Shown: positions 15,967-25,599, numbered from the stretch's first letter. The stretch is 32,000 bases of DNA from Candidatus Brocadia sp. (GCA_021650915.1 CP091279.1:570001-602000), one strand, 5' to 3'. Notes: a model not told the origin generated them from the letters alone. Translations and numbers: made by a program.

Positions 15967-16262
15967 AAAAATATAATAAATTCAGTTTTTCACAGAGGCA
16001 CAAAGTTTATACTACAGAGAATATTAGGCAAATGGTCAGTTAGCAGGCATTTGTTTCAGTAGGTATGCAGCTTTTGTGCAGAGAGAATAAGTATTGTTTG
16101 AGAAATACCCTCCAGATGGGTGATCTTTTTTCCGTGTCGCTGATAGCGAAACCCGCATCGCCAGCCACAAGCTTACCACTCCCGCTGCAAATATTCAACA
16201 CTTTTGTATGATTCTGCTTTCCTTGTATTGTTAGCTATTGGCTGGCTTTCATTTAATACTGT

Positions 16263-16304
16263 ATAAGTAAACGATAATTTATATATTGACAAATAAGTAA
16301 ACGA
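16263..16304 (+). promoter_or_regulatory. Two exact 12-nt direct repeats (ATAAGTAAACGA) flanking or overlapping the nxrA-like promoter; a candidate regulator site
   Basis: ATAAGTAAACGA occurs at 16263-16274 and again at 16293-16304, 30 nt centre to centre (about three helical turns). The second copy fills the -35/-10 spacer. Confidence 0.5.
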
Positions 16305-16313
16305 ATGTATACT
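16286..16313 (+). promoter_or_regulatory. Near-consensus sigma-70 promoter of the nxrA-like gene
   Basis: TTGACA (16286-16291), a 16-nt spacer, then TATACT (16308-16313). It lies about 180 nt upstream of ATG 16497. AAAGGAG sits 7 nt before the ATG. Confidence 0.5.
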
Positions 16314-16496
16314 TGAAACAGATCTCATTTGGTGTATGAAATGACGATTCATGGCAAATAGTTTGAGGTATTCATTGATACGGTTGTTGGGTATGGTGAG
16401 GATGGGCAGGCGGTTGTCAGAACGACCGCTGAAGAACCTGTCTTCAGCAGGGGCACACAGCAGCATAATTCAATTTAATTCAGAAAGGAGTAGGAA

Positions 16497-19400
16497 ATGA
16501 AGCTTACCAGAAGGACGTTCCTGCAGGTAGCAGGAGCAACGGGAGCGACCTTTACCCTTGCCGATAAGGCGATGGCGTTCAGGTTATTGAAACCTGCCGT
16601 GGAGGTGGGAAATCCGTTAGATGCTTATCCTGACCGTTCATGGGAAAGCGTGTATCGGGATCAATATCGATACGATCGTACATTTACCTATACTTGCTCT
16701 CCAAATGATACTCACGCCTGCAGAGTTAGGGCATTTGTAAGAAATGAAGTGCTCATGAGAGTTGAGCAAAACTACGATCACCAAAATTATTCTGATCTGT
16801 ATGGAAACAAGGCCACGAGGAATTGGAATCCCAGGATGTGCCTCAAGGGCTATACCTTTCATCGCCGGGTGTACGGACCTTACCGGTTAAGGTATCCGCT
16901 TATCAGAAGAGGCTGGAAGCAGTGGGCGGATGACGGTTTCCCGGAATTGACGCCGGAAAATAAATCAAAATATATGTTTGATGCCAGGGGACAGGATGAG
17001 CTTTTAAAGGCATCATGGGATGAGGCGTGGACATATGCTGCAAAGGGGATTATTCATATAACCAAAAAATATAGTGGTGAGGAAGGTGCAAAGAAGCTCA
17101 TAGAGCAGGGCTATCCGAAAGAAATGGTGGATGCCATGAAGGGTGCAGGAACACGTACCTTTAAGGGCCGTGGCGGGATGGGTCTCCTTGGCGTTATTGG
17201 AAAATACGGTATGTACAGGTTCAACAACACGCTTGCCCTGGTTGATAGCCACAATAGGGGTGTAGGGCCGGATAAGGCGTTAGGCGGGAGGAACTGGTCG
17301 AACTATACATGGCATGGTGATCAGGCGCCTGGACACCCCTTTGTTCATGGATTGCAAACCTCAGATGTCGACATGAATGATATTCGATTTTCAAAGCTTG
17401 TCATTCAAACGGGGAAGAATCTTATAGAAAATAAGATGCCTGAGGCGCATTGGCTTACGGAGGTTATGGAAAGAGGGGGCAAGCTTGTTGTCATTACACC
17501 TGAGTACAGCCCTTCCGCCCAAAAAGCGGATTACTGGATACCGGTTAGATGCAATACCGATACAGCGTTGTTCCTGGGTTTAACCAAGATATTGATGGAT
17601 GAAAAGTTGTACGATGCGGATTATGTGAAGAAATTTACCGATTTCCCCCTGCTTGTCAGGACAGACACCCTGAAGAGGCTGCAGGCAAAGGATGTTTTCC
17701 TGAATTATCAGTTGGAAGACATTTCTCAAGGTGCAAGTTTTAAGATTCATGGTTTGCATGATGATCAGAGGGAAATTATTGGTGATTTTGTGGTATGGGA
17801 TACAAAGACCAACAGCCCGAAACCGATCACCAGGGACGACGTTGGTGATAAGTTGGTGGGTAAAGGCATTGATCCAGCCCTGGATGGCACATTTATGGTA
17901 AAAACAGTGGATGGTAAAGAGATTGAGGTCATGCCGCTCTTTGAGATGTATAAAATACATCTTAAAGATTATGATATTGATAGCGTAGTGGAAATGACAA
18001 ACTCTCCGAAAGAGTTAATAGAAAGGTTAGCACACGATATTGCAACCATAAAGCCTGTGGCAATCCACTATGGTGAGGGTATCAATCATTGGTTTCATGC
18101 GACTTTATTTAACAGATCAACGTATCTGCCTCTGATGTTAACCGGCAACGTAGGATATAAAGGTTCTGGTTCACATACCTGGTCTGGTAACTATAAGGCA
18201 GGTAATTTTCAGGCTTCCAAATGGAGCGGCCCCGGATTCTATGGATGGGTTGCAGAGGATGTATTTAATCCAAACCTCGATCCAAATGCACCGGCAATGG
18301 ACCTGAAGGTAAAGGGACGTGCTTATGATGAAGAGGTGGCTTACTGGAATCATAATGACAGGCCGTTGATTGTTAACACACCCAAGTATGGACGTAAATG
18401 CTTTACGGGAAAGACGCATATGCCGACACCGACTAAGATTATGTGGTTTACCAACGTGAACCTGGTTAACAATGCAAAGCATGTGTATCAAATGCTTAAG
18501 AATGTAAATCCGAATATTGAACAAATTATGTCTACCGATATTGAGGTGACGGGTTCTATTGAGTATGCAGACTTTGCATTTCCGGCCAATTCCTGGGTGG
18601 AGTTTGAGACTCATGAGATTACCAGCTCCTGTTCTAATCCATTTGTCCAGATATGGAAGGGCGGCATAAGGCCAGTCAATGACACAAAAGACGATGTGAT
18701 GATCCTTGCAGGCATGGCAACGAAATTGGGAGAATTGCTCCGGGATATGAGGTTCCGGGATTACTGGAAATTTGCCCTGGAGGGCAGACCAGAAGTGTAT
18801 ATCCAGAGACTGTTAGATGGGAGTACAACCTTTAAGGGTTATACTTTTGATGACATTGTGAATGGAAAATATGGAGAACCGGGTGTTGCCTTGTTGCTTT
18901 ACAGAACCTATCCAAGGCAGCCATTCTGGGAGCAGGTGCACGAGAGTCTTCCTTTCTATACGCCGACGGGAAGGATGCAGGCTTACAATGATGAGTCAGA
19001 AATTATCGAGTACGGTGAGAATTTTATCGTGCACCGTGAAGGGCCTGAGGCTACTCAGTATCTGCCGAATGTTATTGTAAGTACCAATCCATATATCCGT
19101 CCTGATAATTATGGAATTCCAGAAAGCGCTGAACACTGGGATGAACGGACCGTCAGGAACATCAAGAAGTCATGGTCCGATACCAAGCAGACCAGGAACT
19201 TCCTGTGGGAGAAGGGATACAAGTTCTATTGTGTAACACCGAAGTCAAGGCACACAGTGCATTCGCAGTGGGCGGTAACAGACTGGAACTTTATCTGGAA
19301 TAATAACTTTGGAGATCCATACCGGATGGACAAGAGAATGCCTGGTGTAGGAGAGCATCAAATTAACATAAACCCACAGGCGGCAAAAGATCTGGGTATC

Positions 19401-19946
19401 AATGACGGTGACTATGTTTATGTTGATGCAAATCCGGCCGACAGGCCATATGAAGGCTGGAAACCGAGCGACCCATTCTATAAAGTTTCAAGACTTATGC
19501 TGAGAGCAAAGTATAACCCGTCCTATCCTTATGGAGTAACAATGATGAAGCATTCTGCATGGATATCAACGGAAAGAAGTGTGAAGGCGCATGAGTCAAG
19601 ACCTGACGGCAGGGCGTTATCCGCCGGAACAGGATATCAGTCCAGCTTCCGTTACGGTTCTCAGCAGAGTATCACGAGGGATTGGTCTATGCCGATGCAC
19701 CAACTGGACAGCCTGTTCCATAAATCGAAGACCAGCATGAAGTTTATCTTTGGCTATGAGGCTGATAATCATGGCATCAATACAACACCAAAGGAGACTT
19801 TGGTGAAGATTACGAAAGCGGAGGACGGTGGCATGGGAGGCAAGGGTGTTTGGGATCCTGCAAAGACCGGATATACCGCCGGAAATGAAAATGACTTCAT
19901 GAAGAGGTATCTGAATGGTGAGTTAATAAAAATAGAAAAAGCGTAA
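16497..19946 (+). CDS. nxrA: Tat-exported molybdopterin (DMSO reductase family, NarG/NxrA type II clade) catalytic subunit, resembling the periplasmic nitrite oxidoreductase alpha subunit
   Basis: 1149 aa. The twin-arginine signal is [27 protein letters not shown]. The N-terminal FS0-type motif is C-x3-D-x3-C-x39-C ([12 protein letters not shown]...RMCLKG). Size and overall organisation fit NarG/NxrA-like enzymes. No adjacent beta or gamma subunit gene is present. Confidence 0.85.
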   Translation: MKLTRRTFLQVAGATGATFTLADKAMAFRLLKPAVEVGNPLDAYPDRSWESVYRDQYRYDRTFTYTCSPNDTHACRVRAFVRNEVLMRVEQNYDHQNYSDLYGNKATRNWNPRMCLKGYTFHRRVYGPYRLRYPLIRRGWKQWADDGFPELTPENKSKYMFDARGQDELLKASWDEAWTYAAKGIIHITKKYSGEEGAKKLIEQGYPKEMVDAMKGAGTRTFKGRGGMGLLGVIGKYGMYRFNNTLALVDSHNRGVGPDKALGGRNWSNYTWHGDQAPGHPFVHGLQTSDVDMNDIRFSKLVIQTGKNLIENKMPEAHWLTEVMERGGKLVVITPEYSPSAQKADYWIPVRCNTDTALFLGLTKILMDEKLYDADYVKKFTDFPLLVRTDTLKRLQAKDVFLNYQLEDISQGASFKIHGLHDDQREIIGDFVVWDTKTNSPKPITRDDVGDKLVGKGIDPALDGTFMVKTVDGKEIEVMPLFEMYKIHLKDYDIDSVVEMTNSPKELIERLAHDIATIKPVAIHYGEGINHWFHATLFNRSTYLPLMLTGNVGYKGSGSHTWSGNYKAGNFQASKWSGPGFYGWVAEDVFNPNLDPNAPAMDLKVKGRAYDEEVAYWNHNDRPLIVNTPKYGRKCFTGKTHMPTPTKIMWFTNVNLVNNAKHVYQMLKNVNPNIEQIMSTDIEVTGSIEYADFAFPANSWVEFETHEITSSCSNPFVQIWKGGIRPVNDTKDDVMILAGMATKLGELLRDMRFRDYWKFALEGRPEVYIQRLLDGSTTFKGYTFDDIVNGKYGEPGVALLLYRTYPRQPFWEQVHESLPFYTPTGRMQAYNDESEIIEYGENFIVHREGPEATQYLPNVIVSTNPYIRPDNYGIPESAEHWDERTVRNIKKSWSDTKQTRNFLWEKGYKFYCVTPKSRHTVHSQWAVTDWNFIWNNNFGDPYRMDKRMPGVGEHQININPQAAKDLGINDGDYVYVDANPADRPYEGWKPSDPFYKVSRLMLRAKYNPSYPYGVTMMKHSAWISTERSVKAHESRPDGRALSAGTGYQSSFRYGSQQSITRDWSMPMHQLDSLFHKSKTSMKFIFGYEADNHGINTTPKETLVKITKAEDGGMGGKGVWDPAKTGYTAGNENDFMKRYLNGELIKIEKA

Positions 19947-19964
19947 TACGTAGGAAAGATAAAA

Positions 19965-20002
19965 GTGAGCTAATAGATTTTTGTATTCATCTATTAGCTC
20001 AC
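19965..20002. terminator. Strong hairpin between the convergent nxrA-like and sppA transcription units
   Basis: Perfect 14-bp stem gtgagctaatagat (19965-19978) / atctattagctcac (19989-20002) with a 10-nt loop. The U-rich tract (TTTTATCTTTCC) lies on the minus-strand side. The plus-strand side has no T-run. Confidence 0.6.
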
Positions 20003-20459
20003 TAACAAACCACGAAAATCTACATCCGTAAACAGATGTTCACCCCAAGATGAAAAACAAAAAGGCTACGAAAGCCATAATTTCGTCATTCGATAATCTT
20101 TTTTCCTTACGACCATCCGTAGGTTCAGGCGTGAGAATGCCTTCGGCAACTTCATCTGCAATAACCTCTAATAATTTACATGATTGTTGGCGTGGGCGTG
20201 GTATCTTCTGTGAACGCACTTTCTGTTCTTTCATCTTCTTTCCGTTTTGCATTCCCAAAACACCTCTGCTGATATCAGCTCGCGACTTCATCGTATAGCA
20301 ATCAGCCACGATCTGCTTTTTCCCTTCTTACCATCACGATTATACCCGCATCTTAAATGACATGCTGAATAGTGAGTGGGGTGAGTCAAGCTACCTGCCG
20401 TTTTGTTACAAGAGACGATGAGGAACCACCTCTTGATAAAAATGAAAACCTTCGCCATT

Positions 20460-21455
20460 TTACGGTGCCCAGAGATACATAAACGAGGGTGTGCCTGAAT
20501 TGACGAATGTTTTGAGGTCGATGTTGAGGAGGTTAATGGTGCCAAAACCTCCCTGGTTGAGTTGGGAATAAAGGTTGTTCTTATAAATTCCCGGCCTGTG
20601 ATATATCACGACTCGTGCCTTATCCAGACTGGTTGCCTTCTTTGCCAGCAAAACAGCTTCATCGAGATAACCTATCTGATCAATAAGGCCGTGTTCCAAT
20701 GCCTGTTGGGCAGTGTAAATCCTGCCATCGGCAAGTGTTTTCAGTTTTTCCAGGGCTAGATCCTTCCTGTTTTCCGCAATGACCGTTAAAAACCTTTCGT
20801 ACAAGGTATCCATTACGCCCTGAAATATCCTTCGTTCCTCATTCGTCATCGTTTTCAGAGGTGAGCCCATGTCCTTGTGTTCACCTGTTTTAATGGAGGC
20901 GTCTTTCACTCCGATCTTCTGGAGGAGTCCTTCAACACTGAGGTTGAGCATGATAACGCCAATACTGCCGGTGACCGTTGTTGGATGGGCTATAATCTTG
21001 TCTGCGGAAACGGCTACGTAATAACCACCCGATGCGCCTAAATCCATGATGCATGCAATAATCTTCATGCCGGTTTTTTTCTTAAACTGCTCAAGCTCGT
21101 GATAAATCATGTCGGACGCGGTAACGGTGCCACCCGGACTATTGATACGAAGGATGATGGCTTTCATATGCTTGTCTCTGGCAGCCATCTTCAGCTCTTC
21201 TTTGATGCGAGCAACCATATCGGGCTCCTCGGAGAGTCCTGCGAGACCACGCTTCCGTTCTTCAGAAATAATGCCGGAAACATCGATGATAAGGATCTTT
21301 TCTTTGCCGCTTCCGGAGACGGTCGTTTCTCCGAACGGTGCGATTGCCGGTGTCAGGGAAATCGATATAAAGCTACAGCCTGAAATAAAGACGAGGCACA
21401 AAGTCAAAGCGGCGACAGAAATAAGAAAAAAATGGTTATGTTTCATAAGTATCAA
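20460..21455 (-). CDS. sppA: Signal peptide peptidase SppA (36K type, S49 family)
   Basis: RINSPGGTVTASD and DLGASGGYYVAVSADKIIAHPTTVTGSIGVI are S49 signatures. The N-terminus is hydrophobic and lipobox-like (LVFISGCS). Confidence 0.88.
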   Translation of the reverse strand: MILMKHNHFFLISVAALTLCLVFISGCSFISISLTPAIAPFGETTVSGSGKEKILIIDVSGIISEERKRGLAGLSEEPDMVARIKEELKMAARDKHMKAIILRINSPGGTVTASDMIYHELEQFKKKTGMKIIACIMDLGASGGYYVAVSADKIIAHPTTVTGSIGVIMLNLSVEGLLQKIGVKDASIKTGEHKDMGSPLKTMTNEERRIFQGVMDTLYERFLTVIAENRKDLALEKLKTLADGRIYTAQQALEHGLIDQIGYLDEAVLLAKKATSLDKARVVIYHRPGIYKNNLYSQLNQGGFGTINLLNIDLKTFVNSGTPSFMYLWAP

Positions 21456-21509
21456 AGTATACCCGAATTCTCCGTGGCAACATAGAATATTTTCGATGGC
21501 ATAATGCAG

Positions 21510-21537
21510 TTGACTTTTTTATAAAAACAATTATAAT
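21510..21537 (+). promoter_or_regulatory. Near-consensus sigma-70 promoter for the tRNA cluster
   Basis: TTGACT (21510-21515), a 16-nt spacer, then TATAAT (21532-21537). It lies about 75 nt upstream of tRNA-Arg. Confidence 0.55.
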
Positions 21538-21611
21538 TCATAACTTATGAATTTTTACAGACACGGTTATTCTTGTAGTGTCTGATTTTGTTTTCATGCG
21601 CGATAATTTCT

Positions 21612-21685
21612 GCGCTCGTAGCTCAATTGGATAGAGTGGTGGACTTCGAATCCAACGGTTGCAGGTTCAAGTCCTGCCGGGCGCG
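21612..21685 (+). tRNA. tRNA-Arg (anticodon TCG)
   Basis: A cloverleaf can be folded by hand. The acceptor is GCGCTCG/CGGGCGC, the D arm is GCTC...GAGT, the anticodon loop is CTTCGAA and the T arm is GCAGG-TTCAAGT-CCTGC. CCA is not encoded. Confidence 0.85.
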
Positions 21686-21730
21686 TTGTAAATAATCCGA
21701 TACAGGTTTTCGGCAAAATATTCAGGAAGT

Positions 21731-21806
21731 GCGCCCTTAGCTCAGTTGGTAGAGCAACTGACTCTTAATCAGTGGGTCGAAAGTTCGAATCTTTCAGGGC
21801 GCACCA
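21731..21806 (+). tRNA. tRNA-Lys (anticodon CTT)
   Basis: The acceptor is GCGCCCT/AGGGCGC, the anticodon stem is ACTGA/TCAGT with loop CTCTTAA, and the T arm is GAAAG-TTCGAAT-CTTTC. A 3' CCA is encoded. Confidence 0.9.
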
Positions 21807-21917
21807 TAAGTTTTAATATGCATGATAGCTACATGCCTTTGTTCATGCATTATCGATGACTCAGGGCTTGAGAATTCCGCCATAGGATCAGGTGTTGAAA
21901 AGTACTTGCCATTTGGA

Positions 21918-22002
21918 GCGAGGGTGGCGGAACTGGCAGACGCGCAAGACTTAGGATCTTGTGCCTTACGGCGTGGGGGTTCGATTCCCCCCTCTCGCAC
22001 CA
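21918..22002 (+). tRNA. tRNA-Leu (anticodon TAG), long variable arm
   Basis: The acceptor is GCGAGGG/CTCTCGC with one G-U pair. The anticodon stem is CAAGA/TCTTG with loop CTTAGGA. It has a long variable arm, the T arm GGGGG-TTCGATT-CCCCC and an encoded CCA. Confidence 0.88.
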
Positions 22003-22024
22003 ATAATCAAGCGAACGAAGAAGA

Positions 22025-22100
22025 AGCGGGTGTAGCTCAGTGGTAGAGCGTCACGTTGCCAACGTGAATGTCGTGGGTTCGAACCCCATCACCCGCTCCA
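22025..22100 (+). tRNA. tRNA-Gly (anticodon GCC)
   Basis: The acceptor is GCGGGTG/CACCCGC, the anticodon stem is TCACG/CGTGA with loop TTGCCAA, and the T arm is GTGGG-TTCGAAC-CCCAT. CCA is encoded. Confidence 0.9.
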
Positions 22101-22142
22101 TTTATTAATTTTTGGCAGGAACGTATTGCAGGAACTATAACT

Positions 22143-23426
22143 ATGAATGTTACCATTGAAGAAGCTGGTCCTTGTAAAAAGGTTTTAAAATTCGAAATTT
22201 CCAAGGAAACGATTGAAAGTGAGTTTGAGAAGAAGACGGTAGAGGTTTGTGATACCGTAGAATTGCCCGGTTTCAGAAAGGGGCGTGCACCACGAAAATT
22301 AGTTGAAAAACGGTTTGGTCCGCAAATTAAAGACGAGGTAAAACAATCGGTTGTGAGTGGCTGTTATCAGAAGACACTTGATGAACACAAACTGAACCCG
22401 GTAGGTGACCCAAAATTCGGTGAAATAGCGCTGGAAATGGGAAAACCGCTCACGTTTGATGTGACGTTAGAGGTATGGCCGTCCTTTGAAGTCAATCAAT
22501 ACAAAGGTTTGCCGTTAAAGAAAAAGCCAGCCGAAGTGACCGAGGACGATTTGCAAAAGGCACTAAGGGATATGGCTATCCGGAAGGCACAATTGACGGT
22601 GGTGAAAGACGGAAAGGTGCAAAAAGGTGATCAGGTTATCTGCGATTGTACCGTAGAGGTTGATGGGAATGCCGTGCTGAAAGATGAGGATATTGAAATT
22701 CCGGTGGCAGATGGCGTTGCGGTTGCCGCTACAATAATCCCTGATTTAGCCAGGAAACTCGATGGCTCAATATCCGGTGAAGAGCGTGAGTTTAACATAA
22801 AACTCTCGCAGGATTTTGTAAACGAGGAGTATCGGGGGAAAGAAGCAAAATTGGAACTTATGGTGAAAGAAATAAAACGCCTGATACTGCCCGATATTAA
22901 TGAAGATTTCGCGAAAACCTTGGGTTTTCAATCTCTTGAAGATTTGAAATCCCAGATGAAAAAACGAATTGAGATTGATAAAAAGAGATGGGTCGAAGAC
23001 GATTTAAGAAATCAGATACTTGACATCCTTCTTGATCAAACGAAGGTTGAATTACCTCAGGATTTTTTGAGTTATCATACTGATCAAAGGGTGTACAAAC
23101 ATCAGTTGGATTTATTAAACAGGGGGGTTCCCTTAGAAGAAATCCAAAAGCAGACGGAAATGATCAAGAGTGCATCAGCAGAATCAGTAATGCGGGAGTT
23201 AAAAGCATCACTGATTATGAGTTATATTGCTGAAAAAGAAAAAGTATTTATCACCGAAAATGAAGTTGAACAACGAATTGCCAGTATTGCCAGGGCGTAT
23301 AATGCGGATACGATGCGGGTTCGTAAACAACTGGAACGACAGGGAAATTTGTCGTATTTGCGAAGCGACATGCGTGAAGCAAAAGTGATGAACCTGCTTC
23401 TGAAAGAAGCCAAGATAGCAGAGTAA
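22143..23426 (+). CDS. tig: Trigger factor
   Basis: The track ORF starts at 22068, inside tRNA-Gly. The real start is ATG 22143 (MNVTIEEAGPCKKVLKFEISKE...). It has the GFRKGRAP ribosome-binding signature and a PPIase-like middle section, followed by clpP. Confidence 0.93.
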   Translation: MNVTIEEAGPCKKVLKFEISKETIESEFEKKTVEVCDTVELPGFRKGRAPRKLVEKRFGPQIKDEVKQSVVSGCYQKTLDEHKLNPVGDPKFGEIALEMGKPLTFDVTLEVWPSFEVNQYKGLPLKKKPAEVTEDDLQKALRDMAIRKAQLTVVKDGKVQKGDQVICDCTVEVDGNAVLKDEDIEIPVADGVAVAATIIPDLARKLDGSISGEEREFNIKLSQDFVNEEYRGKEAKLELMVKEIKRLILPDINEDFAKTLGFQSLEDLKSQMKKRIEIDKKRWVEDDLRNQILDILLDQTKVELPQDFLSYHTDQRVYKHQLDLLNRGVPLEEIQKQTEMIKSASAESVMRELKASLIMSYIAEKEKVFITENEVEQRIASIARAYNADTMRVRKQLERQGNLSYLRSDMREAKVMNLLLKEAKIAE

Positions 23427-23481
23427 CGGCTAAGAGACGTCAGTGAGAACGAAATAACCATGATTTCGAAAGGAAGTTTTT

Positions 23482-24150
23482 GTGTATAAAGAGTTTTTAT
23501 CGTATCTGGAAAGCGGCGAATTTCCGTTTGAAAAACCGAAGGGTTCCTACGGGAGCCTTTTTGTGCCTTATGTCGTTGAAAAAACCGGGTTTGGTGAGAG
23601 GCATTATGATATATTCTCGAGATTACTCAAGGACCGTATTATCTTTATTGGTTCAGCTATCGAGGACACGTTAGCAAATCTGGTAATTGCTCAGATACTA
23701 TTTCTCCAGAACGAGAACAAGAACCAGGATATTAACATTTACATTAATTCACCGGGGGGATCCATTACCTCCGGGTTAGCTATTTATGATACGATGCAAT
23801 TTGTCCAGTGTGATGTAGCTACCTATTGCATTGGTCAGGCATATAGCATGGCGGCAATTCTCCTTGCCGGTGGTACGAAAGGAAAGCGATTTGGCCTTCC
23901 GCACACCAGGATCATGCTCCATCAGCCGTGGGGCGGCATGAGAGGTACCGCAACGGATATCAGTATTCAGGCAGAGGAGATACTGAGAATGAAAAAATGT
24001 TTGAATGGAATTCTCGTAAAACATACCGGGCAACCGTTAGAGCGCGTCGAATTGGATGTTGATCGTGATTTTTATATGTCATCTCATGAGGCAAAGGCAT
24101 ACGGTCTTGTTGATGAGGTGATAGAGTCTTTGCGAGATAAAAAGAAGTAA
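23482..24150 (+). CDS. clpP: ATP-dependent Clp protease proteolytic subunit
   Basis: GTG start with AAAGGAAG upstream. [35 protein letters not shown] and the Ser-His-Asp context ([18 protein letters not shown]) are present. Confidence 0.93.
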   Translation: MYKEFLSYLESGEFPFEKPKGSYGSLFVPYVVEKTGFGERHYDIFSRLLKDRIIFIGSAIEDTLANLVIAQILFLQNENKNQDINIYINSPGGSITSGLAIYDTMQFVQCDVATYCIGQAYSMAAILLAGGTKGKRFGLPHTRIMLHQPWGGMRGTATDISIQAEEILRMKKCLNGILVKHTGQPLERVELDVDRDFYMSSHEAKAYGLVDEVIESLRDKKK

Positions 24151-24333
24151 GAGCCATCTTCAAAATACCAGCTTTGTGTGAAAAATAAAACGAAGCAGCA
24201 GGTTGCTTATGGAAAACTTGCAATAAAAAGGACCGCACAAGACTGATGAAGACTCACCAATGCTGCGCGTTACCTTACACAAGAGATAACGTACTGCTGG
24301 CAAGGATGCCTGAGACAAGAATAGGGACTAAGC

Positions 24334-24585
24334 TTAAGGAATGAATAAGAATATCATTCTCACTGCGCCTATGATGAGGAGCGCAATACCGATAAACTTC
24401 GCAAGTCTCTGTATGAAAATCAATAATATTCCAAGTCCTATGATAATAAAAGGACTGACTCCCCCGATAAAATTCCCAATCTTCTGTGGAATTGAAATGA
24501 TGTAAGAATCTGACTCCTGCCCAAAAACTACCTTTGATACAAAAAGAGTTATAAACACCAAAGTCATAATTAGCCGTATTCTCAT
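24334..24585 (-). CDS. Small hypothetical membrane protein
   Basis: Two to three hydrophobic segments. ATG 24585 is preceded by GAGGAA, whereas the track start at 24600 is TTG. The gene lies 31 nt downstream of the SIS-domain gene on the same strand. Confidence 0.5.
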   Translation of the reverse strand: MRIRLIMTLVFITLFVSKVVFGQESDSYIISIPQKIGNFIGGVSPFIIIGLGILLIFIQRLAKFIGIALLIIGAVRMIFLFIP

Positions 24586-24616
24586 AAAGATTCCTCGCAA
24601 TTTTCTCTTACCACTC

Positions 24617-25195
24617 CTATTCCAGATTGGAGTGCCGTTTATGCATTTCGTTTTCTGAACTCTTGAGTTTTTTTACCAGAGAAAGAATAATCCCGTCTAA
24701 ATAGACCAAGCAGGCTTGCTCAAAGAGCGTGCTGCGAAACTGAATAGATCCGCAATCCTTGTGGTTGGTGCTCACTTCCTTTACGGGTAATTCAACAACA
24801 ATATCTGCCTGCCCCGCAAGTGGGGAATTTTTTTGAGAGGTCACTGCCGCTACAATGGCGTGGGCCTTTTTTGCCAATCCGGCGATATAGCGGGTAATGT
24901 GTGTGCTGCCCGAACTGCTGCAGGCTATCAAGAGATCCCCCTGGTCGATATTGGGGGTCGTCGCGTCGCCGACGCAGTAAGCATTGAGGCCTATATGGGT
25001 GAGTCTCATGGCAAAAGTACGTGATACCAGCCCCGATCGTCCCTGGCCGGTAACGAATATGTTGTTTGCTGAAAGAAGAGACGAGAGAAATTCTTCATAA
25101 TCATGTTCATCGATCTTTTCAAGCACCGAATGAATTTCATCCAAAATAATGCGGGTAATTGCCTTGATCCCTGTCGAATCAGCCTCAATTTTCAA
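24617..25195 (-). CDS. hxlB: SIS-domain sugar-phosphate isomerase, 6-phospho-3-hexuloisomerase-like
   Basis: 192 aa. FVTGQGRSGLVSRTFAMRLTHIGLNAYCVGDATTPNIDQGDLLIACSSSGST matches the PHI/SIS pattern. The apparent start is TTG. No hexulose-phosphate synthase gene lies nearby. Confidence 0.7.
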   Translation of the reverse strand: MKIEADSTGIKAITRIILDEIHSVLEKIDEHDYEEFLSSLLSANNIFVTGQGRSGLVSRTFAMRLTHIGLNAYCVGDATTPNIDQGDLLIACSSSGSTHITRYIAGLAKKAHAIVAAVTSQKNSPLAGQADIVVELPVKEVSTNHKDCGSIQFRSTLFEQACLVYLDGIILSLVKKLKSSENEMHKRHSNLE

Positions 25196-25501
25196 GGTAC
25201 CCTCTTTTCATGAAACTCCGAAATTATTTCACAGATAATGCACGAAGGCCGTGATTAAAACGAAGAGATTATACCATGCACCCCGCATAATTACAAGGAA
25301 ACAGATTCTGTATAGTATTGCCTTGTAAAATCTTTCTTTCCCTATTTCCCGCTTTTGCGCAGACATGTTTTGTGAGGATAGGTTTTTTGTAAGTCTTCAC
25401 CCACCCTTGCATCTTTGACAGGAGGGGATTTGGTTGTGGCGACACTGCTGCAGTATGAATCTTTGTTGCTCCCCGATCTCCCTTTCTTGCATTAATTTTT
25501 G

Positions 25502-25530
25502 TTGCTCTCCACAGGGCGCTGTGTTAAAAT
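25502..25530 (+). promoter_or_regulatory. Candidate extended -10 sigma-70 promoter for yggT
   Basis: TTGCTC (25502-25507), a 17-nt spacer ending in TGT, then TAAAAT (25525-25530). Confidence 0.35.
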
Positions 25531-25599
25531 TTCTTCGTTTGAATTGTGTGGGTGGATAAAACATTTCTTATTTTATGCTGTGCAAAAAGGAGCTTTTGC

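Noticed and set aside
16173-19080. ORF 16173-16466 upstream of nxrA, and antisense or alternative-frame ORFs within nxrA (16638-16862, 17013-17252, 17580-17960, 18171-18614, 18862-19080)
   Set aside because: The first overlaps the promoter and leader region on the opposite strand and has no signals. The others lie inside the 1149-aa coding region.
19947-20460. A degraded nxrB or other nxr subunit downstream of the nxrA-like gene
   Set aside because: No frame in this gap encodes the multiple CxxCxxCxxxCP ferredoxin motifs expected of a beta subunit. The sequence shows only one doubtful basic ORF.
21794-22142. ORFs 21794-22003 (minus), 21822-22046 (plus) and the 22068 start of the tig ORF
   Set aside because: All of them run through the tRNA-Leu and tRNA-Gly genes. 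The trigger factor N-terminus aligns from ATG 22143.
24179-24208. Weak minus-strand terminator (AAGCA/UGCUU stem followed by CGUUUUAUUUUUC) downstream of the small membrane protein gene
   Set aside because: The stem is only 5 bp with two G-C pairs, and it lies about 125 nt beyond the stop. This is too weak to report as a feature.
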